A DNA stretch of 52,393 nucleotides from Planctomycetota bacterium (GTDB lineage: Bacteria; Planctomycetota; Phycisphaerae; Phycisphaerales; UBA1924): positions 1-52,393 of the forward strand of contig RFGK01000276.1 in the NCBI GenBank assembly GCA_003697045.1. Direction: 5' to 3'. The notes below the pieces were generated by a model. It saw only the letters and a program-made list of their open reading frames with translations. It was not told the DNA's origin and did no database searches. The position numbers were made by a program, and so were the translations under genes. Positions 18,100 through 26,955 of this stretch are shown in pieces (position 1 is the first letter of the stretch; each line of letters begins with the position of its first letter).

Positions 18100-18747
18100 T
18101 CACGCGGTCCCGTAGAGTCGGTCTCCGGCATCACCCAGCCCGGGGAGAATGTACCCCCGCTCATCCAGCCGGTCATCGAGCGCCGCCGTGTAGATCCGCA
18201 CCTCCGGGTCCGCCTCCAGCAATCGCTGCACACCCTCTGGAGAGGCGACCAGGCAGATCATTCGAAGGTCATGAGCCCCCGCCTTGCGGAGCATCGACAC
18301 GGCCGCACTGGCCGAGCCTCCTGTCGCGAGCATGGGATCAACCAGGATCACAGGCCCGGCATCGAGATCCCTCGGCAGCTTGTTGAGATAGGCCTTGGGC
18401 TCGAGCGACACTTCATCGCGAGCCATGCCAAGATGCCCAACGCGGGCCTCGGGCATCAGCTCGAGCACCCCTTCCGACATGCCAAGCCCGGCGCGAAGAA
18501 TGGGCACAATCGTGATGATCGAACTGAGCCGGCGCCCCACCGTCGGCATCATGGGCGTCTCCACCTCCACCGGCACGGTCTGAAACGACCTGGTCACTTC
18601 GTAGACCATCAGCCCGGCAATCTGTGACAAGAGCGCGCGAAAGGCGCGATAGCCCGTGTTGCGGTCGCGCATCCATGTCAGCTTGTGTTGGATGAGCGGA
18701 TGGTCGAAGATTTGCAGATTCGGATATGGACAGTTGCCGTGACTCAT
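18100..18747 (-). CDS. upp: Uracil phosphoribosyltransferase
   Basis: VPILRAGLGM, LVDPMLATGGS and YILPGLGDAGDRLYGT match E. coli Upp. ATG at 18747. Confidence 0.92.
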   Translation of the reverse strand: MSHGNCPYPNLQIFDHPLIQHKLTWMRDRNTGYRAFRALLSQIAGLMVYEVTRSFQTVPVEVETPMMPTVGRRLSSIITIVPILRAGLGMSEGVLELMPEARVGHLGMARDEVSLEPKAYLNKLPRDLDAGPVILVDPMLATGGSASAAVSMLRKAGAHDLRMICLVASPEGVQRLLEADPEVRIYTAALDDRLDERGYILPGLGDAGDRLYGTA

Positions 18748-18788
18748 GTCGGCGATTCTAATGACATCTGCGATACCGGGAGCAACCG

Positions 18789-19253
18789 ATGGCTGATCAG
18801 CGCGAAATGATGGATCGTGCGGCTCTTGACGCGGCGATCGCCCAGGCCGAAAAGTCTCTCCGCGAAGGCGGCATCCCCATCGGGGCGGCACTGATGAACC
18901 CGCAAGGAGTCATCGTCGCTCTGGGACACAACCTGCGCGTCCAGACCGGCGATCCGACCGCCCACGCAGAGACGGTGTGCATCCGCAACGCCGGAAGACG
19001 ACGCGACTGGCACACGCTGACGATGGCCACCACGCTGAGCCCGTGCGCCATGTGCTCGGGCACGGCCGTGTTGCACCGCATCCCACGCATCGTGATCGGG
19101 GAGAACCGTACCTTCCAGGGCCGCGAAGACTGGCTGCGCGCTGAAGGGTGTGAGCTGCGCGTGCTCGATGACGAGCGATGTCTAGCGCTGATGGAACAGT
19201 TCATCGCAGCACACCCCACACTGTGGGATGAAGACATCGGCGTGCCCGATTGA
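18789..19253 (+). CDS. CDA-fold (yeast FCY1-type) cytosine deaminase
   Basis: HAE zinc motif (PTAHAETVCI), TLSPCAMCSG, IVIGEN, VLDDERC and C-terminal W.EDIG closely parallel S. cerevisiae Fcy1. Confidence 0.8.
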   Translation: MADQREMMDRAALDAAIAQAEKSLREGGIPIGAALMNPQGVIVALGHNLRVQTGDPTAHAETVCIRNAGRRRDWHTLTMATTLSPCAMCSGTAVLHRIPRIVIGENRTFQGREDWLRAEGCELRVLDDERCLALMEQFIAAHPTLWDEDIGVPD

Positions 19254-19296
19254 CGCACACAACGCCGCACGAGCGCATCGCTCGACGGATCCAAAC

Positions 19297-20925
19297 CTAC
19301 CCGGTGATTTCGATCGACGCGATGGTCAGATCGTCTGCAAGCACATCCATGCCGGCGTGCTTGAGCACCGCGTCGCTGAGAATCTTCACGTCCTCTTCGG
19401 CCGAGGTTGACCGCTCCAGCGCTTCGATGGCCCGGTCGGTCCCGAACTGTCTGCCCGCGCGATCCTGCTGCTCGACCAGGCCGTCGGAAAAGAGAATGAC
19501 GCGCGTCCCGTAGCCAACCTGGATGCGCTCGGTCTGATAGCGCAGCCCGCCTTGCACGCCAACGAGCAGCCCGCCTTCGCATCGCACCAGCCTTGGAGAT
19601 TCGCCCGGGCGATTGACCAGCCAGTGTCCATGCCCCGCGTCAACAAATGCCAGCTCGCCCTCGTCGTGGTGAAACACACCGAGCCACAGCGAAAGAAAAC
19701 GATCGGCAGCCGAATATCGAAAGACGTGTTCGTTCAACTCGGTGACGACGGCACCCGGGTCGCGCTCCGTGCGCAGACCACAGCGCAGATGGGTCTGGGC
19801 GATGGACATGAGCAGGGCAGCGGAGATGCCCTTGCCCGCCACATCGCCGAGAAACGCAGCACACGTATTCTCGTCCAGCGGCACGAAGTCGAACAGGTCG
19901 CCGGCAACGAACTGACCCGGACGACGCACCATTGCATAGCGCATCGCTGCGCACGTGCCGCACTCAGGCGGCATGATGATGTCCTGCACTGCGCGGGCGG
20001 CCTTCATCTCGCGCTCGATCTCCAGACGCTGGCGTTCGAGCTGCGCACGGCGCAGATTGCCGATTGCCATTTCCCCGATGCGCGCCACAGCACCGCAGAA
20101 GGCGGCCGCGTCGTCGGCCACCGCCGCTTCCCCCCGACGGGCATCGAGATAGAGATAGGCTTCGACCGACCGTTCCAGCATGAGCGGGGCACAAATCGCA
20201 GAATGAATGCCCAGGTCGACGATGCTCTGCCCAAAGTCCGGCTGAGCATCAGATGTCAGTCGGACAATCTCGCCCCCCGAGGCGGCTGCCAGCAGCGACC
20301 GGCTGATATCCACCTGCAACTCGTTGTCCATCCCCGGACCGGCGCCGGCGAGAAGCTCGACTTCGCCCGAGGCAGAGACCTGACGTACCACGGCACCACG
20401 CCCAAAGCCCGTGCCCTTGAGCGAGATGTCAAGCATGATCTCGGCCAGCTCAGTCATCGACTTGGCCGCGTTGGACGATGCGGCACACTCGAGTATCAAA
20501 TCCAGGCGATGCTGGGCAAACGTCTGTCTTGGCGAACGATCAATGGTTTCGATGCGTCGTCCGGATGCGTGAAAGTCGTTGGTCGTGGCCACGCCGCGCT
20601 GGGTCGTGAGGGGGTCACGCACACGAAATGTCCAAGGCCCGATGCGGATCAAATCGCCCGTCTGGATGGGTGCTGGTTCACCCGGAGTCAGTTCCACACC
20701 ATTGACGAGCGTGCCGTGCCTGCTCTGACGATCGACGAGAAGCCACTGTCCAGCCCGGTGCACAAACATCGCATGCTCGCGCGACACAGTGCCGTACACG
20801 AGCTGGATGTGGGCGTCGGATCCCCGGCCGACATGAATCGGCCCCGGCGGAGCGAGCACGATCGGCTCGACCGCAGGCCCGGCGATGGGTTCGAGCTTCA
20901 GTCTTTCCTGGGCCGGTTGCGTCAT
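19297..20925 (-). CDS. FHA-GAF-PP2C(SpoIIE) serine phosphatase
   Basis: N-terminal FHA (VGRGSDAHIQL....VSREHA...DR.S.HGT.VNG), a central GAF-like region, and a C-terminal PP2C/SpoIIE (GDLFDF...GDVAGKG...SDGL). ATG at 20925 chosen; the track GTG at 20973 would overlap the terminator at 20975-21011. Confidence 0.8.
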   Translation of the reverse strand: MTQPAQERLKLEPIAGPAVEPIVLAPPGPIHVGRGSDAHIQLVYGTVSREHAMFVHRAGQWLLVDRQSRHGTLVNGVELTPGEPAPIQTGDLIRIGPWTFRVRDPLTTQRGVATTNDFHASGRRIETIDRSPRQTFAQHRLDLILECAASSNAAKSMTELAEIMLDISLKGTGFGRGAVVRQVSASGEVELLAGAGPGMDNELQVDISRSLLAAASGGEIVRLTSDAQPDFGQSIVDLGIHSAICAPLMLERSVEAYLYLDARRGEAAVADDAAAFCGAVARIGEMAIGNLRRAQLERQRLEIEREMKAARAVQDIIMPPECGTCAAMRYAMVRRPGQFVAGDLFDFVPLDENTCAAFLGDVAGKGISAALLMSIAQTHLRCGLRTERDPGAVVTELNEHVFRYSAADRFLSLWLGVFHHDEGELAFVDAGHGHWLVNRPGESPRLVRCEGGLLVGVQGGLRYQTERIQVGYGTRVILFSDGLVEQQDRAGRQFGTDRAIEALERSTSAEEDVKILSDAVLKHAGMDVLADDLTIASIEITG

Positions 20926-20974
20926 GCCACGCTCAAAGCCTAGCGAAGGTCGCAAGGCCGCGCCCCCGACCACC

Positions 20975-21011
20975 GCAAAACAAAGGGCCCGGATCGCAAC
21001 GACCCGGGCCC
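20975..21011 (-). terminator. Rho-independent terminator after the S8 protease gene
   Basis: Minus strand: GGGCCCGG-(11-nt loop)-CCGGGCCC followed by TTTGTTTTG. It lies 35 nt after the stop at 21046. Confidence 0.7.
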
Positions 21012-21045
21012 GGAATCATGATCAAATCAGCGACTCAAGAACGGC

Positions 21046-21216
21046 TCACGGACATCCCGCGGTGAACTCGCTCAGGAAACCGAGCACATCGAAGAAGTCG
21101 AAAATGCCGTCGCCGTTCATGTCGGCAGCAGGATCCTGTGCGTCAAACGCAGTCAGGAACTCAAGCACGTCGAAGAAGTCGAGCACGCCATCCTGGTTGA
21201 AATCAACCCGACACCC
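21046..21216 (-). other. Dockerin/EF-hand-like C-terminal module, copy 2 (paralogous to 11096-11266)
   Basis: GCRVDFNQDGVLDFFDVLEFLTAFDAQDPAADMNGDGIFDFFDVLGFLSEFTAGCP. Confidence 0.8.
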
Positions 21217-24200
21217 GACCGGAACCAGCCCGATGAACTCGATGTCGTCGATATTCCACCCGGGATACGTGACCGACCCGTCGGTCGTGCCCATGACCCA
21301 GCGAACCTGCACGCCCGTCTGCCCGTCGGCGATCGCCGAGATGTCATACTCGACCTGCTCCCAGCTGGTGGGGCTGACACTTCCGCCGGCGTGATCCCAG
21401 ATCGTCGTCCACCCGGTGCCCTTGTTGCGCACCTGTATCGACGCATGATCCCAGAATGCACTTTCGATCGCAAGCCACCTCTGGAACCGCAGCGAGACCT
21501 GCGATGCGTCGGAGAAATCGAGCGGATCGGTCGTCAGGTATTCCTGACTCATCCCGTTGGGATAGTCACCTGCAAGGTTGTATCCGTACACGTTGTCCCC
21601 GGTGAATCCGCTGCTGGGATCGCCGCTGTGTGAACCGCCGCCGGTGGGCTGACCGAATGCCCACTGCCCGGTGGTCGCCCAGCCCGGATCGGTGTCATCG
21701 ACGAGGAAGTCGTAGATGACCTGCGGGCCGCCCACGGTCACGTTGACGCTGGCGATGTTGGATGCCCCGCCATCGGGTGCTACGCCCCCGTCGTCCGCGT
21801 AGTAGTCAAACGAATCGACGCCCTGGAAATACGGATTCGGGCTGTAGGAAACCATGTCGCCGGAAAGGATGTAAGGCGTCGACGTGATCGGCGTTCCGGT
21901 GCCTGCGTCCGCAATATCGCCGTTGGCAGGCAGTGAGTCGATCACGTAGATCAGCGTCCCATCGGGCAAACCGTCATCAACGGCGTTGAGCGTCACATCA
22001 ACATCCGTGTTGACCGGCGTCTGCACATTGACATCGCTCGCGCTCGGCGGCCGCGGCCCGCACCCGGCGCCATTGGACAAATCAGACGGGAAGAAGTCCG
22101 GATCAAGTCCGCCCCCGTCGGACAGGCCGACAACCGAGTCAGAAGAATCGATGTTCTGCCAACTGATGCGAATGCGCCCGTCGAAGAACAGCTCAATCTG
22201 GAACGTGTTGTTGTTGGAGCTGCCATATTCAGGCACCCCCAGCCACGTGACGGCAATGCGATCAGAAAGCTGCTTGTAGCTCACCGATCCACCCACGCTG
22301 GGGTTCAGATCGTCAAACCAGCCGCTGATGCGCTTCATCCCGAAGTGATCCTCAAGTGATTCGGAATAGTCCGAATCGCCGGCCCCGAAGGTGATATACC
22401 CATTTGAGCCCACGAAGAACGAGCTGTATGCCTGGCCGTACAGCTGCACGGTGTTCCCGCCGGAGACCGAAATCTGTGAGCTCGAGTCATCGCTGAGCGC
22501 GATCGTTGAGCCCCCCGTCGGGTCAGTCGGCAGCACGCCCCCGAGCAGAGGCTCGGCGCAGAAGGTGTAGAAGTCGACGGCGTGCGAGTTGGGGAAGAAC
22601 TCGACGCTCATGCCTTCAAGATCGGTCCCGGCCGTGAACTGCTCGGTCATGAAATCAGGCACTTCCGGCGTCGTAAACGTGTACGCCGCGCCCCCGTTGT
22701 CGTCGATTGCAGCGTTGGAAGCAGTGTCGGTCATTTCCACGGCGTAGTAGTACGTCGTGTCGTCGACCAGCCCGCCGATCATCACCGTGTGATCGGTCAG
22801 CGCCTGGGCAACCGAAACGCTGTCATTGAGCGCCCCCGGGCTTGTGCCATACCAGACCGTCACCGACGCCGGTTCGTTGACCGTCACGCTGATCTCGACG
22901 CTGCGCGGCTCGGCTGTGGGCACGCTGGTCGCCACCAATACAGGCGGCGTGCAATCGATCGTACTCGTTGCGGTCACGGGAACATTGGTGTTCCCGTTGC
23001 CATCGTCCGCATCGATATACGTCACCGTCACCGTGTCGCCCTCGGCGATCTGCAGCACGCCGGGAGCGTCAACCTCACTCATCGGGATCGTCGCGTTGAA
23101 CACGGCCACTTCCGGACCAATCTCGGTCACGGTCACCAGCTCACCAGCCGGCTCGGAGTCGCTGGTGACCAGCACCGTCGCCGTGTCGACCACGGCATCA
23201 TCGGTGTTCAGATCGCAGTCGATCACGTCAATCGACAATGTGGAAGAGCAGTTGTGGCGCGTGCCGTTGACGCCGACGATTCCCGCCGACGAGCACGTGA
23301 ACATCTGATTGGTCGAGGCGGCACCGACGATCTGCGTCGGACCCTCTGCGATATTGAATCCGACGATCTCGATGCGGTATGCCCCGGGCGTCGGGCCCGA
23401 GATGGCAACCTGCTCGATGTTGTTGAGCCGATCGGGTGCATTCTGCACCGCAGGGGCCGACGGATTGGCCGGATCCAGCGTCCACGGCAGATACACCGTG
23501 CCATCGGGACCAACGACGCGCACATCAACGTCGTTGATCAGAGCCCCGGTCGTGAACGGCACCGCAGGAGGATCATCCCACGCAATCGTCACCTTGAACT
23601 CACTCTGCCCGGGTTCGACGATCGCCGTGTAGAACTGGGTCTGTCCCTGCGCGATCTCGAACTCGACGACGCGGTTTTCGATGATCGTGTCGGCTGCGGG
23701 CTGGGCACGCACTGAGCCGTACCCGGTCTGGTAGTCCGGTCCGGGCGAAACGACGTCCTGAGCCGAGTTGGCCAGGATTGCCTTGAGCGTGCAGTTGCGC
23801 ATGTCAGGCGCACCGGGATAGGACATGCGCCATTGCTGAATGAGCAGGGCGCTGACGCCGCACACCGCCGGGCTTGCCATCGACGTGCCGCACAACGTCG
23901 TGTACCCGGTCGATGAGTTCGAGCAGCTGGTCACGCCGAAGTCGCCGTCACTTTGACAGCCCGGCCCGGACACATCCGGGCGAAGTCGACCGTCGTCGGT
24001 CGGACCCCAACTGGTAAATGACGTGACCGTGTCGTTGTTGGAGTTGAGCGCACCGACGGCGATCTGGTTCTTGGCAGCCTGAGGCGGCGCAATGGAGTAG
24101 TAGTCTCCAAAGCCTTCCACATCGCACCGGCTTCCCTGGCGTTCGTTGCCGGCGGCCCAGACCTGCCGGAACGGCACGCCGAAGCTGCCTCGCACGCCCG

Positions 24201-25395
24201 CGTCAATCAACGACGCCATCAGCCCGTAATCGCCTTGCCAGGAGCAGTTGTACCCGTTCGACTCCACGTTCGAACCGATGGAGTTGTTCGAGATGTCCGC
24301 GCCGTGGACGCTGATGGCCTCTTGATAATCGGCCTCGTAGTCGCCCGGATCGGTGTAGAGGAACCCGGGCTGCAACCCGCCCGGAACTTCAAAGTCGTAT
24401 GAAATGATGTCAACCGCCGGTGCCATGCCTCGATTGGTTCCGCCCGAAGCGGCACCCGTACCTCCGATCGTGCCGGACACGTGTGTGGCGTGTGTGATCG
24501 TCCCGGCGCCATCCCCGGAGATGAGCCGACCAGCCAGATCGTTGTGCGGAAACGCACCGCCCGCGTCATACACCAGCACATCCACACCCGAACCATCCAG
24601 CCCGTAAGGGGGGGCGTTGACCGTGTCGACGCCCATGATGGCCCGAGCGGACGCATTGAGCGTGCTGAACTTGGGCATGGGAGGCTCAATCCAGCACACG
24701 ACATCCTCTCCTGCCAAGGCCTCGATCTGCCCGCGCGACATGTGCACCACCAGCGCGTTGACCGAGTCCACCAGCGAGACCACTTCGCCGCCGTGCCGTA
24801 ACACTGCGTCAAAGCCTTCGCCCAAAGGATCGATGTCCTCGTGGAACATCACGTAGACCGCGACAGTCGGATGTGCTGCGAGCTTGTCGACCTCTTCTGC
24901 CGTCAACCCCTGCGAAATCGCCTTGGCACGGATGTCCGCGACCGATTCCACGATGGACCACTCGGCCGTCAGACCGGCATTCAGATCAGGGTGCAGCTTG
25001 CGCCGCACGGTCAGTTCCTCGACGCTGGCGATCAAACCGCTCATCGACGCTGCACGCGCATTGACGCTCGGCGAAATCGCAACCAGGTACGCCGTGCCCC
25101 CGATCGCACGCAACGGCGTCAGCCCCAGCGAGGCCAGGTGATCGCGCTCGGACACCGTCGTCGGACGCACCAGCTGCATCACTCCGTGGCGCACCATCTG
25201 CTCATCGGCAAGATCGAGAATGCGGCGCTCGATCTGGCCAGCGCTCATCCGCACCGCCTGAGGCTGTGGATCAGTCCGCCACGAAATCTGCCCGCTTGCA
25301 GCCGGCGCGCAGGCCAGGGCAAGACCGCATCCGAGCATCAGCGCGGCAATGTGCGGCCTCCTGACCAAAAAATCTGCCGATCGTGATCTGGTCAT
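21046..25395 (-). CDS. Secreted multidomain subtilisin-like (S8) serine protease with C-terminal dockerin-like module
   Basis: Signal peptide and the catalytic triad context (VLVYDAGG; HATHVSGTIGG; GTSMASPAVCG). These are followed by long beta-rich Ig/fn3-like regions and a MAM/galactose-binding-like region (WQGD..., W..I.DI.F). The protein ends in the ...GCP module. Confidence 0.85.
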   Translation of the reverse strand: MTRSRSADFLVRRPHIAALMLGCGLALACAPAASGQISWRTDPQPQAVRMSAGQIERRILDLADEQMVRHGVMQLVRPTTVSERDHLASLGLTPLRAIGGTAYLVAISPSVNARAASMSGLIASVEELTVRRKLHPDLNAGLTAEWSIVESVADIRAKAISQGLTAEEVDKLAAHPTVAVYVMFHEDIDPLGEGFDAVLRHGGEVVSLVDSVNALVVHMSRGQIEALAGEDVVCWIEPPMPKFSTLNASARAIMGVDTVNAPPYGLDGSGVDVLVYDAGGAFPHNDLAGRLISGDGAGTITHATHVSGTIGGTGAASGGTNRGMAPAVDIISYDFEVPGGLQPGFLYTDPGDYEADYQEAISVHGADISNNSIGSNVESNGYNCSWQGDYGLMASLIDAGVRGSFGVPFRQVWAAGNERQGSRCDVEGFGDYYSIAPPQAAKNQIAVGALNSNNDTVTSFTSWGPTDDGRLRPDVSGPGCQSDGDFGVTSCSNSSTGYTTLCGTSMASPAVCGVSALLIQQWRMSYPGAPDMRNCTLKAILANSAQDVVSPGPDYQTGYGSVRAQPAADTIIENRVVEFEIAQGQTQFYTAIVEPGQSEFKVTIAWDDPPAVPFTTGALINDVDVRVVGPDGTVYLPWTLDPANPSAPAVQNAPDRLNNIEQVAISGPTPGAYRIEIVGFNIAEGPTQIVGAASTNQMFTCSSAGIVGVNGTRHNCSSTLSIDVIDCDLNTDDAVVDTATVLVTSDSEPAGELVTVTEIGPEVAVFNATIPMSEVDAPGVLQIAEGDTVTVTYIDADDGNGNTNVPVTATSTIDCTPPVLVATSVPTAEPRSVEISVTVNEPASVTVWYGTSPGALNDSVSVAQALTDHTVMIGGLVDDTTYYYAVEMTDTASNAAIDDNGGAAYTFTTPEVPDFMTEQFTAGTDLEGMSVEFFPNSHAVDFYTFCAEPLLGGVLPTDPTGGSTIALSDDSSSQISVSGGNTVQLYGQAYSSFFVGSNGYITFGAGDSDYSESLEDHFGMKRISGWFDDLNPSVGGSVSYKQLSDRIAVTWLGVPEYGSSNNNTFQIELFFDGRIRISWQNIDSSDSVVGLSDGGGLDPDFFPSDLSNGAGCGPRPPSASDVNVQTPVNTDVDVTLNAVDDGLPDGTLIYVIDSLPANGDIADAGTGTPITSTPYILSGDMVSYSPNPYFQGVDSFDYYADDGGVAPDGGASNIASVNVTVGGPQVIYDFLVDDTDPGWATTGQWAFGQPTGGGSHSGDPSSGFTGDNVYGYNLAGDYPNGMSQEYLTTDPLDFSDASQVSLRFQRWLAIESAFWDHASIQVRNKGTGWTTIWDHAGGSVSPTSWEQVEYDISAIADGQTGVQVRWVMGTTDGSVTYPGWNIDDIEFIGLVPVGCRVDFNQDGVLDFFDVLEFLTAFDAQDPAADMNGDGIFDFFDVLGFLSEFTAGCP

Positions 25396-25525
25396 CGAGA
25401 ATCCTCTCCCACAAATGCGTTATCAGACCCACAACCCCACACCGAGGCCGGGCGGAAACAAGATGCTCCCGAAAACTGAGCTTGCTGTCAAGATGCAATC
25501 TGCGACCGCGGCAAAACCGCCCCGT

Positions 25526-26947
25526 TTACCCCAAGTGCTCAAGCGCGTCCTGCACCGAGCGAACGCCGATCAGATCCAGCCCGACTCTGGCCTCGATGCG
25601 CTCATCCCATGGCACGAGTACCTTGGAAAAGCCGATCCGACTTGCTTCAACGAGGCGCTTGTCCATCTGGGTCACACGCCCGATGTGCCCGGAAAGCCCG
25701 ACTTCGCCAATGGCACACACACCCGGGCTCAGTGACTGGTGGCGCTCCGCTCCGGCAACGGCCAGCAGCAACGACAGGTCCGCAGCCGGCTCGATCACCC
25801 GTAGCCCCCCCACCGCCTGCGCAAACACATCGCGGTCGGCCAATCGCATCCCGGCGTGCTGTTCAAGCACCGCGATGATCATCGCAAGCCGGTTGGCGTC
25901 CAATCCGGAACTCTTTCGCTTTGCTGCACCCAGAAAACCCGTCGCGGTCAACGCCTGGATCTCTGCCAGCAGACAGCGCGAGCCGTGAATGACAGGGCAA
26001 ATCACCGAACCCGGCCGCGCCTGGTCGGCTGCGACTGCGGGCCCGTCACTCATCTCGCGCAGCCCGGTGCCGGTCATCTGAAATATGCCCAGCTCGAGCG
26101 TGGCTCCAAAGCGATTCTTGACTGCACGCACCAACCTGCCCGCGTGCATGCGCTCGCCTTCAAAGTAAAGCACGGCATCGACGAGGTGTTCGAGAAGCCG
26201 GGGGCCGGCGAGCTGTCCGTCTTTGGTGACATGACCCACGAGCACGACCGACACCCCCGTCGTCTTTGAAAGCATCACAAGCTCTGACCCGCACTTGCGC
26301 AGTTGCGAAACGCTGCCGGGCGCACTTTCCACCGAAGGCGCAAAGACCATCTGCACCGAATCCACCAGCAACACCCGAGGCCGAACCTTGCGCGCCTGCT
26401 CGGCGATCCGTTCGAGATTCGTTTCCGCCAGGAGATACAGCTCGCGCGGCAAGCCGACTTCAAGCCGCTCGGCTCGCAGCCGAATCTGCTCGGCCGATTC
26501 TTCGCTCGAGACATAGAGCACGCGCGTGCCCCTTGTCGCCCACGCCGCGGCTGCCTGCAGGAGCAGCGTCGACTTGCCCACGCCCGGCTCTCCTCCGACG
26601 AGAATAACCGAACCCGGAACGATCCCCGCGACGCCGTCAGGCGACACACCGAGCACCCGGTCGAACTCGCCGATGCCGGTTGGGAGCCGCTCCACCACCG
26701 GCTCGGCCCCCACATCCGCAATCGAACGCGCCTCGACCACGCCCGGTGCCCATGAACCCGCAAGCGAACCGCCCCCCTCCTGCACCTTCACTTCCTCAAG
26801 GGCGTCCCAGGAACCACAATCCGGACAACGCCCCAGCCAGCGCGCAAAAACCGATCCACAGGAGCGGCAGGCAAAGGATGTTCGGGTCCTGGCCAAGACC
26901 CGAGCATACCGCCTCCGGGCGCTACGATCAGCGCTTGCCAAGGACAA
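25526..26947 (-). CDS. radA: DNA repair protein RadA
   Basis: N-terminal zinc finger (CRSCG...CPDCGSW), Walker A GEPGVGKSTLLLQ, KNRFG, and a Lon-like C-terminal domain. The start is uncertain: the track start at 26947 is TTG, and an in-frame TTG lies at 26896. Confidence 0.9.
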   Translation of the reverse strand: MSLASADRSARRRYARVLARTRTSFACRSCGSVFARWLGRCPDCGSWDALEEVKVQEGGGSLAGSWAPGVVEARSIADVGAEPVVERLPTGIGEFDRVLGVSPDGVAGIVPGSVILVGGEPGVGKSTLLLQAAAAWATRGTRVLYVSSEESAEQIRLRAERLEVGLPRELYLLAETNLERIAEQARKVRPRVLLVDSVQMVFAPSVESAPGSVSQLRKCGSELVMLSKTTGVSVVLVGHVTKDGQLAGPRLLEHLVDAVLYFEGERMHAGRLVRAVKNRFGATLELGIFQMTGTGLREMSDGPAVAADQARPGSVICPVIHGSRCLLAEIQALTATGFLGAAKRKSSGLDANRLAMIIAVLEQHAGMRLADRDVFAQAVGGLRVIEPAADLSLLLAVAGAERHQSLSPGVCAIGEVGLSGHIGRVTQMDKRLVEASRIGFSKVLVPWDERIEARVGLDLIGVRSVQDALEHLG

Positions 26948-26955
26948 ACCGTTCC

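Noticed and set aside
21046-21216. The two similar ~170-bp segments (11096-11266 and 21046-21216) as a mobile repeat or a DGR template/variable-repeat pair.
   Set aside because: Both are in-frame C-terminal protein modules diverged at many codon positions, not only at adenines. No reverse transcriptase or accessory gene is present. They are paralogous domains rather than a repeat element.
26680-26955. Upstream 92 codons of the 1505-aa ORF, as a possible N-terminal extension of the TamB-like protein.
   Set aside because: This part overlaps radA antisense and is Pro/Arg-rich. The ATG at 26956 gives the expected basic N-terminus plus TM anchor.
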